A stretch of 64,000 nt of DNA from Ilumatobacteraceae bacterium (lineage in GTDB: Bacteria; Actinomycetota; Acidimicrobiia; Acidimicrobiales; Ilumatobacteraceae), in assembly GCA_044238435.1 (NCBI GenBank), contig JBIIDH010000001.1, positions 5,101 through 69,100 on the forward strand, given 5' to 3'. Position numbers and translations under genes: made by a program. The notes below the pieces were generated by a model. It saw only the letters and a program-made list of their open reading frames with translations. It was not told the origin of the DNA and searched no databases. Position 1 is the first letter of the stretch; every line of letters starts with the position of its first letter. This document shows, in pieces, positions 35,212-44,185 of this stretch.

Positions 35212-36279
35212 GTGGGCATGCTCGTCCTGCCGCCCGCACCGTCACGCAGTTTCGGGAGCGACAACGCCGCGGGGATGCACCCGCGGGTACTCGGCGCCCT
35301 CGCCGCAGCCAACGACGGCCACGCGGTCGCTTACGGAGCCGACCGGTGGACCGCCGAGTGCACCGACCGGCTCCGCGACCTGTTCGGCCCCCGCACCACG
35401 AGCCTGCTGGTGTGGAACGGCACCGGTGCCAACGTCACGGCCCTGGCGGCGATGCTGCGGCCGGCCGACTGCGTGGTGTGCAGCCAGTGGGCGCACATCG
35501 CCGTCGACGAGACCGGTGCACCCGAGCGCATCCTCGGTGCGAAGTTGCTGACACTCCCCTCCTCCGACGCCAAGGTGGTGCCCGAGCAGCTCGACGAACT
35601 CGCCCATCTCATCGGCGTGCAGCACCATGCCCAGCCTGGTGTGCTGTCGATCACCCAGAGCACCGAACTCGGCACGCTCTACACGCCTGACGAGATCGCC
35701 GCGCTGTGCGACGCTGCGCATCGGCTCGGTATGCGCGTGCACCTCGACGGCGCACGGTTGGCCAACGCCACGGCAGCGCTCGGCGGCACGGTCGAGGCGC
35801 TGCGGTCGTTCACCGTCGACGCCGGGGTCGACGTGCTGAGCTTCGGCTTCACCAAGGCGGGCGCAGCGTTCGGCGAAGCGGTGGTGTTCCTCGATCCCGA
35901 ACTCGCCGGCCGGGCCATGTTCATCCGCAAGCAGGTCACCCAACTGCCGTCGAAGATGCGGTTCGTCGCGGCCCAGCTGCTGGCCCTGCTCGACGGCGAC
36001 CTGTGGCTCGAACTGGCGCGCCACTCGAACGCGATGGCCAAGCGGCTCTACGAGGCAACGGTGCACCTCCCCGGCGTGCGTTTCGACTCGCCGCCCCAGG
36101 TGAACAGCGTCTTCCCACTCCTGCCGCCCGAGGTCATCGCTCCGCTGCAGCAGTGGTGCTCGTTCTACGACTGGGACGTCTCGCGTCACCAGGTGCGTTG
36201 GATGGCGGCCTGGGACACCAGCGCCGACGACGTCGACCAGTTCGTCGCCGGGGTGGCCGCCGCGCTCGGCACACGATGA
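35212..36279 (+). CDS. low-specificity threonine aldolase family PLP enzyme (beta-hydroxy-alpha-amino-acid aldolase)
   Basis: 355 aa. N-terminus SFGSDNAAGMHPRVL matches the threonine-aldolase DxRSDT-type motif. PLP Lys in FGFTKAGAAFGEAVVF. Confidence 0.75.
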   Translation: MGMLVLPPAPSRSFGSDNAAGMHPRVLGALAAANDGHAVAYGADRWTAECTDRLRDLFGPRTTSLLVWNGTGANVTALAAMLRPADCVVCSQWAHIAVDETGAPERILGAKLLTLPSSDAKVVPEQLDELAHLIGVQHHAQPGVLSITQSTELGTLYTPDEIAALCDAAHRLGMRVHLDGARLANATAALGGTVEALRSFTVDAGVDVLSFGFTKAGAAFGEAVVFLDPELAGRAMFIRKQVTQLPSKMRFVAAQLLALLDGDLWLELARHSNAMAKRLYEATVHLPGVRFDSPPQVNSVFPLLPPEVIAPLQQWCSFYDWDVSRHQVRWMAAWDTSADDVDQFVAGVAAALGTR

Positions 36280-36431
36280 TTGCGCGCTGCAATTGACTGG
36301 GCGGTCACTTCTGGTACGCTCGGGTCCAGCACGTCGGTGACGTCTCGCCCCTCGACCTCGGTCGATCGGCAGCGACACACGGGGGTCGAGTCGTCGAGTG
36401 CACCTGGGATCGTTCGTGCAAGGGGGCACTG

Positions 36432-36737
36432 ATGGCCGCTGTCGAGACTCTGTTCCACCGCATCGTCACCGATGACGCGTGGATGGCGAACGCCGAGTGC
36501 AAAGGCCTCACCCACTTGTTCTTCCCCGCTGCGGCCGAACGTCCGCAGGCACGCGAGCGACGCGAAGCAGCCGCTGAAGCCGTCTGTGGGGCGTGCCGGG
36601 TGCAGAGCACCTGCCGCGAGTTCGCCCGCACCAACCACGAGTACGGCTTCTGGGGTGGCGAGAGCGAAGACCAACGGCATCAGGCCGGGTTCCGACTCAT
36701 CGCCCCCATCGGCGTACGCGCCCGCGACGCAGTCTGA
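36432..36737 (+). CDS. WhiB-family (Wbl) transcriptional regulator
   Basis: 101 aa with four Cys (AECKG … CGACRVQSTCREFA) and a C-terminal GFWGGESEDQR turn. It has a leader of about 150 nt with a possible TTGACT-16nt-TACGCT promoter at about 36291..36318. Confidence 0.85.
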   Translation: MAAVETLFHRIVTDDAWMANAECKGLTHLFFPAAAERPQARERREAAAEAVCGACRVQSTCREFARTNHEYGFWGGESEDQRHQAGFRLIAPIGVRARDAV

Positions 36738-36801
36738 ACCGCACGCTCTGAGCCGCACGGTCTGAACCGCGGCGTCGCCCGACGCCGCCTACGCTGCCAC
36801 C

Positions 36802-37872
36802 ATGTCCGCCGATGCCCAGCAGCGCGCCGCCGTCGCCTCGGCATGGGCCGAATACGGCGACCCGCGGGCCATCGTCGCACTCGACGAGGTGAGTGCCGAC
36901 GTCTCGACGAACCGCGTGTACCGCATCCACCTCGACGACGGCAGCACCTGTGTGACCAAGGTGTCGTCGTACGGGTCGTACTTCTTGTTCGTCGAGGACC
37001 ACGATCGCCTGCACCGCTGCGCCCGATTGCTCGACGACACCCGCTTCGCCGGAATGCTCGCCGGGGTGTGGACCGAGCGGGGCCGACCCGACCGCATCTT
37101 CACCTGGTACGACCAGTCGATGTGGGCGGTGTTCTACGACGACGTGCCACGCGCCGACTCGCTGCCCCGCGTGCTCGGTGTCGACCAGGTCGAGAACCTC
37201 GGCCGCGAGATCGCCGAGTTCCATCTGGCGTGCACCGACATCGCGCCGCACATCCCGGGCAGCTCGAAGACCATCAAGAGCGATGCCATCCATCTGCTCG
37301 AACTGCTCGAGAGTCCGTTCGCCCCGCGCAACTTCGACCTGCCTCCCGAAGCGATCGGCCTGCTGTGGCGCCACACCCACGAGTTCCTCGAGCGGCTGGT
37401 CGAGGTGGGCTACGACGAGTGGCCGAAGATCCCCGTCCTCATCGACTGGAACCTCGGCAACTTCTCGGTCGCCCCCGCCGACCCGGCGCACCCCGACAAG
37501 GGGTTCCGCCTGTTCAGCCGCTGGGACTACGACTGGTTCCGCATCGAGCCGCGCCTGCTCGACTTCTACTTCCTGTCGCGCGTGTCGAGCCGTACCGGCG
37601 ACCGCACCCGTTTCACCTACGGCGCCCACACCCTCACCGAACCCACGTTCCTGGCGCTGGTGCAGGCCTATCGCTCGGTGTTCCCCTTGTCTGCCGACGA
37701 GGTGCGCTTCCTGCCCGAGGTGTACCGCTTCTTCATCCTCAACTACGTCGTGCGTGAGGGAGCGAGGTTCTTCCGGCCCGACCTGTGCGCCCAGTTCCGC
37801 CGCGACACGGTGCGCTCGTACCTGCCGTCGTTCGACCGTCACGACTTCTCACCGCTGTTCGATCTGGCCTGA
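36802..37872 (+). CDS. phosphotransferase (APH/choline-kinase-like) family protein
   Basis: 356 aa with a Brenner-like motif PVLIDWNLGNFSV and a kinase-like fold. Confidence 0.6.
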   Translation: MSADAQQRAAVASAWAEYGDPRAIVALDEVSADVSTNRVYRIHLDDGSTCVTKVSSYGSYFLFVEDHDRLHRCARLLDDTRFAGMLAGVWTERGRPDRIFTWYDQSMWAVFYDDVPRADSLPRVLGVDQVENLGREIAEFHLACTDIAPHIPGSSKTIKSDAIHLLELLESPFAPRNFDLPPEAIGLLWRHTHEFLERLVEVGYDEWPKIPVLIDWNLGNFSVAPADPAHPDKGFRLFSRWDYDWFRIEPRLLDFYFLSRVSSRTGDRTRFTYGAHTLTEPTFLALVQAYRSVFPLSADEVRFLPEVYRFFILNYVVREGARFFRPDLCAQFRRDTVRSYLPSFDRHDFSPLFDLA

Positions 37873-37924
37873 CGTTCCACTCCCCCTGGTCCACTCCCCT
37901 GCGGCGGCGTGCCACGATGCAGGC

Positions 37925-38737
37925 ATGGAGTACACCCAGATCGAGGTGGCGCGTCGGGGCCCCGTCAGCGTCATCACCCTGAACCGGCCCGAGAAGCTGA
38001 ACGCGTGGACGCCCACGATGGCCGAGGAACAGGCGCACGCCATTCGTTCCGCCAACGACGACCCGACCATCGGTGCGATCGTGATGACGGGTGCCGGACG
38101 CGGTTTCTGCGCCGGCGCCGACATGGACGCCACGTTCCGGTCGCGGCTCGACGGCGTCGATCCCGGACGTGACACGGCGGGTGGCGTGGGCGGAATGCCC
38201 GCCGGTCTCGACTGGGTGGCACTGCTGCGTGAGAGCAAGCCCGTGGTGTGCGCGGTGAACGGTGCGGCGGTGGGCATCGGTGTGACCATGTGCCTACCCG
38301 CCGACCAGATCGTCGCGTCCACCAAGGCCCGGTTCGGCATGGGCTTCATCACCATGGGCCTGGTGCCCGAACTGGCCAGCACCCGGCTGCTCGGCGCCCG
38401 GGTGGGATTCGGCCGGGCAAGCGATCTGTTCCTGTCGGGCCGCCTCGTCGACGCCGCCGAGGCCCACCGCATCGGGCTCGCCGACCGGCTGGCCGAACCC
38501 GACGACCTGCTCGACGAGGCCGTCGCCGTGGCCCTGTCGTACGCGGCCAACCCCGACCGCCAGCTCCGGATGACGAAGCGCTTGCTCACCGAGCACATGG
38601 TCGAGAGCGATCTGCAGCACATCCAGCGCCGCGAGCAGGAACTGCTGGCCGAGTGCTGGGCGTCGCCCGAGCACGCCGAAGCGGTGGCGGCCTTCCTGGC
38701 CAAGCGTCCTCCGGTGTTCCGACCGGCCGACGAGTAG
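37925..38737 (+). CDS. enoyl-CoA hydratase/isomerase (crotonase) family protein
   Basis: 270 aa. …VITLNRPEKLNAW…GAGRGFCAGADM…VNGAAVGIGVTM… are the crotonase signatures. Confidence 0.85.
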   Translation: MEYTQIEVARRGPVSVITLNRPEKLNAWTPTMAEEQAHAIRSANDDPTIGAIVMTGAGRGFCAGADMDATFRSRLDGVDPGRDTAGGVGGMPAGLDWVALLRESKPVVCAVNGAAVGIGVTMCLPADQIVASTKARFGMGFITMGLVPELASTRLLGARVGFGRASDLFLSGRLVDAAEAHRIGLADRLAEPDDLLDEAVAVALSYAANPDRQLRMTKRLLTEHMVESDLQHIQRREQELLAECWASPEHAEAVAAFLAKRPPVFRPADE

Positions 38738-38747
38738 CGTCGCGGCG

Positions 38748-39617
38748 ATGAGCGCCGAGTTCGACGTGTGTGTGGTGGGCAGCAGCAACCTCGACCTGGT
38801 GGCCACGGCAGCGGTGCTACCGGCCCCGGGCGAGACGGTGATGGGTCGCGACTACCACGAGCACCCGGGTGGCAAGGGCCTGAACCAGGCGGTGGCGGCC
38901 GCACGTGCCGGCGCGTCGACCTGCTTCGTCTCGGCGCTCGGCGACGACACCGCAGCCGATGTGCTGCGCGGCGTGATGGATGCCGACGGCATCGAACGCT
39001 CGCGGGTGCGCACCGTCGAGGGAGTGGCGACGGGCCGGGCTCTCATCGGGGTGGCCGACAGCGGTGAGAACTCGATCATCGTCGTGTCGGGCGCCAACCG
39101 GTCGGTGGTTGCCGACGACATCCCGTCGGCTGCGGTGGTGCTGTCGCAGCTGGAGGTGCCGCTTCCCACCATCATCGCTGCCTTCCGCTCGGCACGCGAG
39201 ATGGGTGCCGTCACGGTGCTGAACCCGGCGCCGGCCCAGGTACTCGATGCCGAACTCCTCGGGCTCTGCGACATCGTGGTGCCCAACGAGCACGAGGTCG
39301 AACTGCTCGGCGGCATCGATGCGGTGCTGGCCGCCGGGGCGGGCACCGTGGTGGTCACCCTCGGTGCCGAGGGCGCGATGGTGCACGACCGCAACGGTCG
39401 CACTGCCGTGGCACCGTTCGCTGTCCGGCCGGTCGACACCACCGGTGCGGGCGACACGTTCTGCGGGGCGCTGTGCGCCCGGCTCGCCGCCGGCGACAGC
39501 CGGGCCGATGCACTGCGTTACGCCTCGGCAGCCGCTGCGCTGAGCACCACTACGGCCGGTGCCGTGCCGTCGATCCCGCGGCGGGCCGACGTGGAGGCGT
39601 TCATCGCCGCAGGGTGA
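38748..39617 (+). CDS. rbsK: ribokinase / PfkB-family carbohydrate kinase
   Basis: 289 aa. N-terminal GSSNLDLV, GGKGLNQAVAAAR and C-terminal DTTGAGDTFCGAL are PfkB motifs. Confidence 0.8.
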   Translation: MSAEFDVCVVGSSNLDLVATAAVLPAPGETVMGRDYHEHPGGKGLNQAVAAARAGASTCFVSALGDDTAADVLRGVMDADGIERSRVRTVEGVATGRALIGVADSGENSIIVVSGANRSVVADDIPSAAVVLSQLEVPLPTIIAAFRSAREMGAVTVLNPAPAQVLDAELLGLCDIVVPNEHEVELLGGIDAVLAAGAGTVVVTLGAEGAMVHDRNGRTAVAPFAVRPVDTTGAGDTFCGALCARLAAGDSRADALRYASAAAALSTTTAGAVPSIPRRADVEAFIAAG

Positions 39618-40425
39618 CCGCGGCCCAGCCGTCGAGCACGTCGACCGCCACCACCTGCGCCGGTGAGAGGGCTGCGACGACGTGGTCGTACCGGCCGTCG
39701 AGCACGCCGCTGATGACGAGGGCGCCGCGGGCAGCCAGTACCCGGAGCAGGTCGTCGGCCAACTCCACCAGCGTCGGGGCGAGAATGTTCGCCACCACGA
39801 TGTCGTAGCTGCCCTCCACCTCGGCCAGCGGTGTGGTCGACACCTGTACCCGGTCGTCGACACCGTTGCGGACGGCGTTGTCGAGCGTGGTGGGCACGGC
39901 GGCCGGCGCGATGTCGATGCCTACTGCGCTGGCGGCGCCGAACAGCACAGCGCCGATGGCGAGCACACCCGAGCCGCAGCCCACGTCGAGCAGTGTCGCC
40001 TCCGTCCGGTCGGCCAACACGCGGCGCACGGCCAGCATCGACAGCCGCGTGGTGGGATGGTCGCCGAGGCCGAACGTGGCGCCTGGCTCGATGTGCACCA
40101 CGGTGGTGCCGGGGTCGACGCCCTCCGGCATCGGCACCCACGCCGGGCACACGACCAGGTCGTCGTCGGCCCACACCGGCGCGGCGAACTCGCGCCAGGT
40201 GTCGGCCACCGCTTCGTCGACCGTCTCCCAGCGCCACTGCCAGCCGGGTGGGAACGCATCGATCGCATCGGCGGCCGCGGCGGTGTCGTCGCCGAGCGAG
40301 GTCCACAGTTCCACCACGCCGTCGGCGGTGGTGCGCTCCTCCACCGCCACCACCCCGAGCGACCACAGGTGATCGGCGGCGATCTCGACCTCGTCGGGCG
40401 GTGCCGTCAGCACCAGGACGAGCAT
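39601..40425 (-). CDS. prmA: ribosomal protein L11 methyltransferase
   Basis: 274 aa from MLVLVLTAPP, with an SAM motif LLDVGCGSGVLAIGA. Its 3' end overlaps the ribokinase 3' end by 17 nt (convergent). Confidence 0.75.
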   Translation of the reverse strand: MLVLVLTAPPDEVEIAADHLWSLGVVAVEERTTADGVVELWTSLGDDTAAAADAIDAFPPGWQWRWETVDEAVADTWREFAAPVWADDDLVVCPAWVPMPEGVDPGTTVVHIEPGATFGLGDHPTTRLSMLAVRRVLADRTEATLLDVGCGSGVLAIGAVLFGAASAVGIDIAPAAVPTTLDNAVRNGVDDRVQVSTTPLAEVEGSYDIVVANILAPTLVELADDLLRVLAARGALVISGVLDGRYDHVVAALSPAQVVAVDVLDGWAAVTLRR

Positions 40426-40943
40426 CAGTCGATCCGGCGCAGCGTGTCGCGATAACGGCGCGACTTGTCGAGGTAGCTGGCCACACCCATCTCGATGTCG
40501 GCGGCGCGCGCCCGGCCTTCTTTGATGACCGCTGGCACGCCGACGGCGATGGCACCGGTGGGCACCTCGAGGCCGTTCAGCAGCACGGCGTTCGCCGCCA
40601 CGATGGCGCCGGTGTGCACCACCACTCGGTGCAGCACGATGGAGCCGTTGCCCACCAGTACACCCGATTCGATGGTGCACCCCTCGAGGTGCACGATGTG
40701 GCCGACCACGCAGTCGTCGCCCACCACGGTGGGAAACATCGGTGTGGTGTGCAGCACCGAGTTGTCCTGGATGGAGGTACGTGCGCCGATGCTGATGTAT
40801 CCGTCGTCGCCGCGCAGCACGGCCCCGGGCCACACCGAACTCTGGGCGCCGATGGTGACCGAGCCGATGATGACGGCGTCGGGATGGATGAATGCATCGG
40901 GGTGGATGTCGGGAACCTGGTCGCCGAGCGCGTAGATGGGCAC
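40425..40943 (-). CDS. gamma-carbonic-anhydrase-like / hexapeptide-repeat (PaaY/CaiE-like) protein
   Basis: 172 aa from GTG VPIYALGDQVPDIHPDAFIHPDAVIIGSVTIG, with left-handed beta-helix hexapeptide repeats. Confidence 0.75.
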   Translation of the reverse strand: MPIYALGDQVPDIHPDAFIHPDAVIIGSVTIGAQSSVWPGAVLRGDDGYISIGARTSIQDNSVLHTTPMFPTVVGDDCVVGHIVHLEGCTIESGVLVGNGSIVLHRVVVHTGAIVAANAVLLNGLEVPTGAIAVGVPAVIKEGRARAADIEMGVASYLDKSRRYRDTLRRID

Positions 40944-41010
40944 GCGGCAACCGTATCGACGCGACTGCGGGCGTGCAGAACCGGTGCACGGCCGGGTACC
41001 GTGGGCGACC

Positions 41011-42549
41011 ATGTCCCGACGGATCGACATCGAACTCACCAGCGCGCGCCCCGACGGCTCGTGGACCTGGCGCGCCGCAGGCGCGCGCGAGCCCCGCGGG
41101 GTGGTCGACGGCGCCCTCGTGCCCGACGGCGCCAAGACGGGCCAGGTGTTCAAGGCCGAGGCCGAGGTCGAGCTCGACGGGCTCACCATCGTCTCCGTTG
41201 CGGGCACGAAGGGCAGCACGCCGCGGTCGGGTCTGCTCGAGCTGATCCCCAGCGACAAGCCGTTCGAGGCCGTCACCCAGCAGCTCGCACGTCGCGAGCG
41301 CAGCGACCGTGGCGATCGCGGCGACCGTCCTCGTCGCGACCGTCCCCGCGGCGACCGCCCCGAGGGCGACCGTGCCCGTGGCGACCGTCCCCGTGGCGAC
41401 CGCCCCGAGGGCGACCGTGCCCGTGGCGACCGGCCGCGCGGCGATCGTCCGGCAGGCGACCGTCCCCGCGGCGACCGCCCCGCAGGCCAGGGCGACCGCC
41501 CTGCCCGCAAGCCACGCCCGTCGTTCACTCCCCCGCCCGAGTTGCCACAGCGCCCGAAGGCCAAGCGCCTCAAGCCGGGTCGCACCCATCGCAACGCCGT
41601 GCTCGCCGATCTGCCCGAGGCGCAGCGCCCCGTCGCCGAGCGTGCGCTGCAGGGCGGTATCCCCGCCGTGCGCCAGGCCATCAACGAGCAGAACACCCGC
41701 TTGCGCGCCGAGGGCCTCGACGAGGTACCGGCAGCCGGACTGCTGTCGATGGCCGAACAGTTGCTGCCGAAGCTCCGCGTCGCCGAATGGCTCGACCGTG
41801 CCGACGCAGCCAAGGCGGTCATCGACGATCTCGATCTTCGCGATCTGCGCAGCGTCGTGGCAGCGGGCGACGACCCGGCCGTGGCACGCGACGAATCGAC
41901 CCGCGCCATCGCCGCCGAGTTGAAGCAGGCGCTCGCTGCTAAGCAGGAGAAGGAACTCCGGTTGTGGCTCGACGACATCGATGCCGCCATCGGCGTCGGT
42001 CGTGTGGTGCGTGCGCTGAAACTGTCGTCGCAGCCGCCGAAGGCCGGCATCCCCTTCCCCGCCGACCTGGCTAAGCGCCTGGCCGACGCGGCCACTGCGT
42101 CGCTCACCGCCGATTCGGCGAGCGAGCGCTGGGTCGCGTTGCTCGAGGCGGCAGCGTTCTCACCGGTGCGCGCTCAGGTGGCCCCCACCGCCCGACCCGA
42201 GCAGCCCTCTGCCGAGTTGAGCAGCACGGTGAAGCGCCTTGGCCCCTTGCTGCCACAGGTGGCGGCACTGTTCGGCATCGAGGTCGCCGAAGGTGCTGCT
42301 GCTCCCAAGCCGCTGCGCCCCACGCGTCCGGCCGCGCCCGCCAAGAAGGCGGCGCCGCCGAAAGCAGCGCCCGCCAAGGCCGCCCCCGCTGCCGAACCCC
42401 CCACTGCCGAACCCGTGGCTGAGCCCGCGGCCGAAGCACCCGCAGCCGACGAATCCAGCGACACCGCTCCGGCCGCAGCCGACGAGTCGGTGGCCGCAGC
42501 GCCTGCTGCAGCCGACGACGCTGCTGCTGGCGACGCCACCGACGCCTGA
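41011..42549 (+). CDS. hypothetical protein with tandem GDRPR/GDRPE/GDRAR repeats and Ala/Pro-rich C-terminal tail
   Basis: 512 aa from MSRRIDIELTSARPDGSWTWRAAG. It has a structured N-domain, a repeat block and a disordered AP-rich tail. Confidence 0.45.
   Translation: MSRRIDIELTSARPDGSWTWRAAGAREPRGVVDGALVPDGAKTGQVFKAEAEVELDGLTIVSVAGTKGSTPRSGLLELIPSDKPFEAVTQQLARRERSDRGDRGDRPRRDRPRGDRPEGDRARGDRPRGDRPEGDRARGDRPRGDRPAGDRPRGDRPAGQGDRPARKPRPSFTPPPELPQRPKAKRLKPGRTHRNAVLADLPEAQRPVAERALQGGIPAVRQAINEQNTRLRAEGLDEVPAAGLLSMAEQLLPKLRVAEWLDRADAAKAVIDDLDLRDLRSVVAAGDDPAVARDESTRAIAAELKQALAAKQEKELRLWLDDIDAAIGVGRVVRALKLSSQPPKAGIPFPADLAKRLADAATASLTADSASERWVALLEAAAFSPVRAQVAPTARPEQPSAELSSTVKRLGPLLPQVAALFGIEVAEGAAAPKPLRPTRPAAPAKKAAPPKAAPAKAAPAAEPPTAEPVAEPAAEAPAADESSDTAPAAADESVAAAPAAADDAAAGDATDA
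41341..41430 (+). repeat. two tandem 45-bp direct repeats (1 mismatch) inside the coding sequence, flanked by degenerate 15-bp subrepeats (about 41300..41500)
   Basis: cgtccccgcggcgaccgccccgagggcgaccgtgcccgtggcgac is repeated twice. It encodes RPRGDRPEGDRARGD. Confidence 0.8.
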
Positions 42550-42566
42550 GTCGGGTGCCGCTCGGC

Positions 42567-43025
42567 TCAGCCGAGCCGTTTCGACACGGTGATCAGCCGA
42601 GCGGTCAGGCCCGACCGTTCGAACAGGTTCTTCGTCTCGCGGTCGCCCGGTAGGGCAACGGCTTCGATGGTGGCGCCACCGGCGGCGACTGTCGCCTCGA
42701 TGGCCGCCGCCAGCATCTCGTCGCCGAGGCCCAGTTCGCGGGCACCCGGCACCACGTACACCTGGCGCACCTCACCGGTGCCACCCGGATACGCCGGCAA
42801 CCGGAGTTCGAGCACGCCGAGCACGACCTCGTCGATGGTGGCCACCCATACCGCTCGCCCCGGTTCGGCGAGCGCGGCATCCCACTCGCCCACCGCTGGA
42901 CGATCGGCCAGCAGGGCGGCGCCGCCACGAGACTCGGTGATGGCCTCACGCGCCTCGTGCTCGAGCGCGGCGAGCGCCTCGGTATCGGCTGCCGTGGCGC
43001 GCCGCACGGCGAGCGTGGGGCTCAT
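42567..43025 (-). CDS. GNAT-family N-acetyltransferase
   Basis: 152 aa from MSPTLAVRRATAADTEALAALEHEAR, with an acetyl-CoA motif …RELGLGDEMLAAAIE…. Confidence 0.7.
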   Translation of the reverse strand: MSPTLAVRRATAADTEALAALEHEAREAITESRGGAALLADRPAVGEWDAALAEPGRAVWVATIDEVVLGVLELRLPAYPGGTGEVRQVYVVPGARELGLGDEMLAAAIEATVAAGGATIEAVALPGDRETKNLFERSGLTARLITVSKRLG

Positions 43026-43531
43026 GCGCCCTGCAGGACGTCGATCTTGGCGAGGATGGTGCGCCGCCCTCGGTTGGCCACCTCGAACCGGCGGATCTGC
43101 TCGATCTCGTCGGGGGTCAGCGTGGCCAGCCGTTGCACCACGTTCACCGCAGGCAGGCTCTCGTAGGCCGGAATGGCCAGCGAGTCGGCACCAGGCACCG
43201 CGGCGCTGGCAGCAGGTGCTGCAGCGTCGGACCCAGCGGGTGCTGCGGCCGTGGCGGGCGCCGGTGCCGCCTCGTGCGCCACGGCGTCGACCACTGCAGC
43301 CGAGGCGGGCGGGCGACGCGCCGCGAGGCGCTTGTCGACTTCGCGCCGCCCCTGCTGCACGGCCATCTGGCCGATGAACCGGGCCAACATGACACGGTTC
43401 TCCACCACCTGGCGGCCCTGCCGGGTGTAGGCCGGCAGTTGCTCCTTCAACGCCGTGTACATCCCGATGGGTGCGTACACCGCGAGATCGAGCAGGCGCT
43501 CGATCGGGGGGCGTTCGGGCTCGGGCGGCAT
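43022..43531 (-). CDS. hypothetical protein
   Basis: 169 aa with conserved-looking ends and an Ala-rich centre. It overlaps the GNAT start by 4 nt. Confidence 0.35.
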   Translation of the reverse strand: MPPEPERPPIERLLDLAVYAPIGMYTALKEQLPAYTRQGRQVVENRVMLARFIGQMAVQQGRREVDKRLAARRPPASAAVVDAVAHEAAPAPATAAAPAGSDAAAPAASAAVPGADSLAIPAYESLPAVNVVQRLATLTPDEIEQIRRFEVANRGRRTILAKIDVLQGA

Positions 43532-43536
43532 GTCGC

Positions 43537-44031
43537 TCAGGTGAACAGCGGGCAGTCGTCGTCGCCGACGGGGCAGTTGGGGGCGGTCTGGCGAACGAGC
43601 AGGAAGCAGTTCGAGCAGAGCGTCTCGTCGGCACGTTTGGGCTGCAGGCGGTCGGACTGCTCGGAGCGGTCTTCGGGCTCCTCGTCGTCCTCGTTGCCCT
43701 CGTCGTCGGAGGCGACGAGTCGGTCCTTGAGAATGGTGTCGAGATCGGCTTCGACGTCGTCGGGGGTGATGAGGTCGTCGTCGTCGTCGTCCTCGTCACC
43801 GCTCAGCGAACGACGAACGGGACCGGTGGTGGCGGCCTCCTCCTCGGTCTCCTCGGCGTCTTCGAACTCGTCGGCCAGGCCCCCGAACTCGTCGTCCTCG
43901 TCGGCCAGCGCATCTTCGTCGAGGTCTTCGACGTCGATCTCCTCGTCGTCGAGTTCGTCGACGAGCTCGACCTCCTCGTCGATCTCCTCGATGTCGTCGG
44001 GCTCCATGACCTCATCGTCGTCGGCTGCCAT
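43537..44031 (-). CDS. DUF4193-family acidic protein
   Basis: Start MAADDDEV. It has a very acidic D/E body and a C-terminal ETLCSNCFLLVRQTAPNCPVGDDDCPLF four-Cys motif characteristic of actinobacterial DUF4193. Confidence 0.65.
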   Translation of the reverse strand: MAADDDEVMEPDDIEEIDEEVELVDELDDEEIDVEDLDEDALADEDDEFGGLADEFEDAEETEEEAATTGPVRRSLSGDEDDDDDDLITPDDVEADLDTILKDRLVASDDEGNEDDEEPEDRSEQSDRLQPKRADETLCSNCFLLVRQTAPNCPVGDDDCPLFT

Positions 44032-44185
44032 CTCGACCCCTTTCGAACGAGCGTGTGGGCCGCGGATGATACGAGCGTCCCGCGACCGGGGGCGTGATCG
44101 TACCTGTGACACAGGTCACTTGGAACGTTTCAGCCCCGCGAACAGGTCGAATGTCGGGCCCTGCGGACCGAACGGACCCGCCGCG

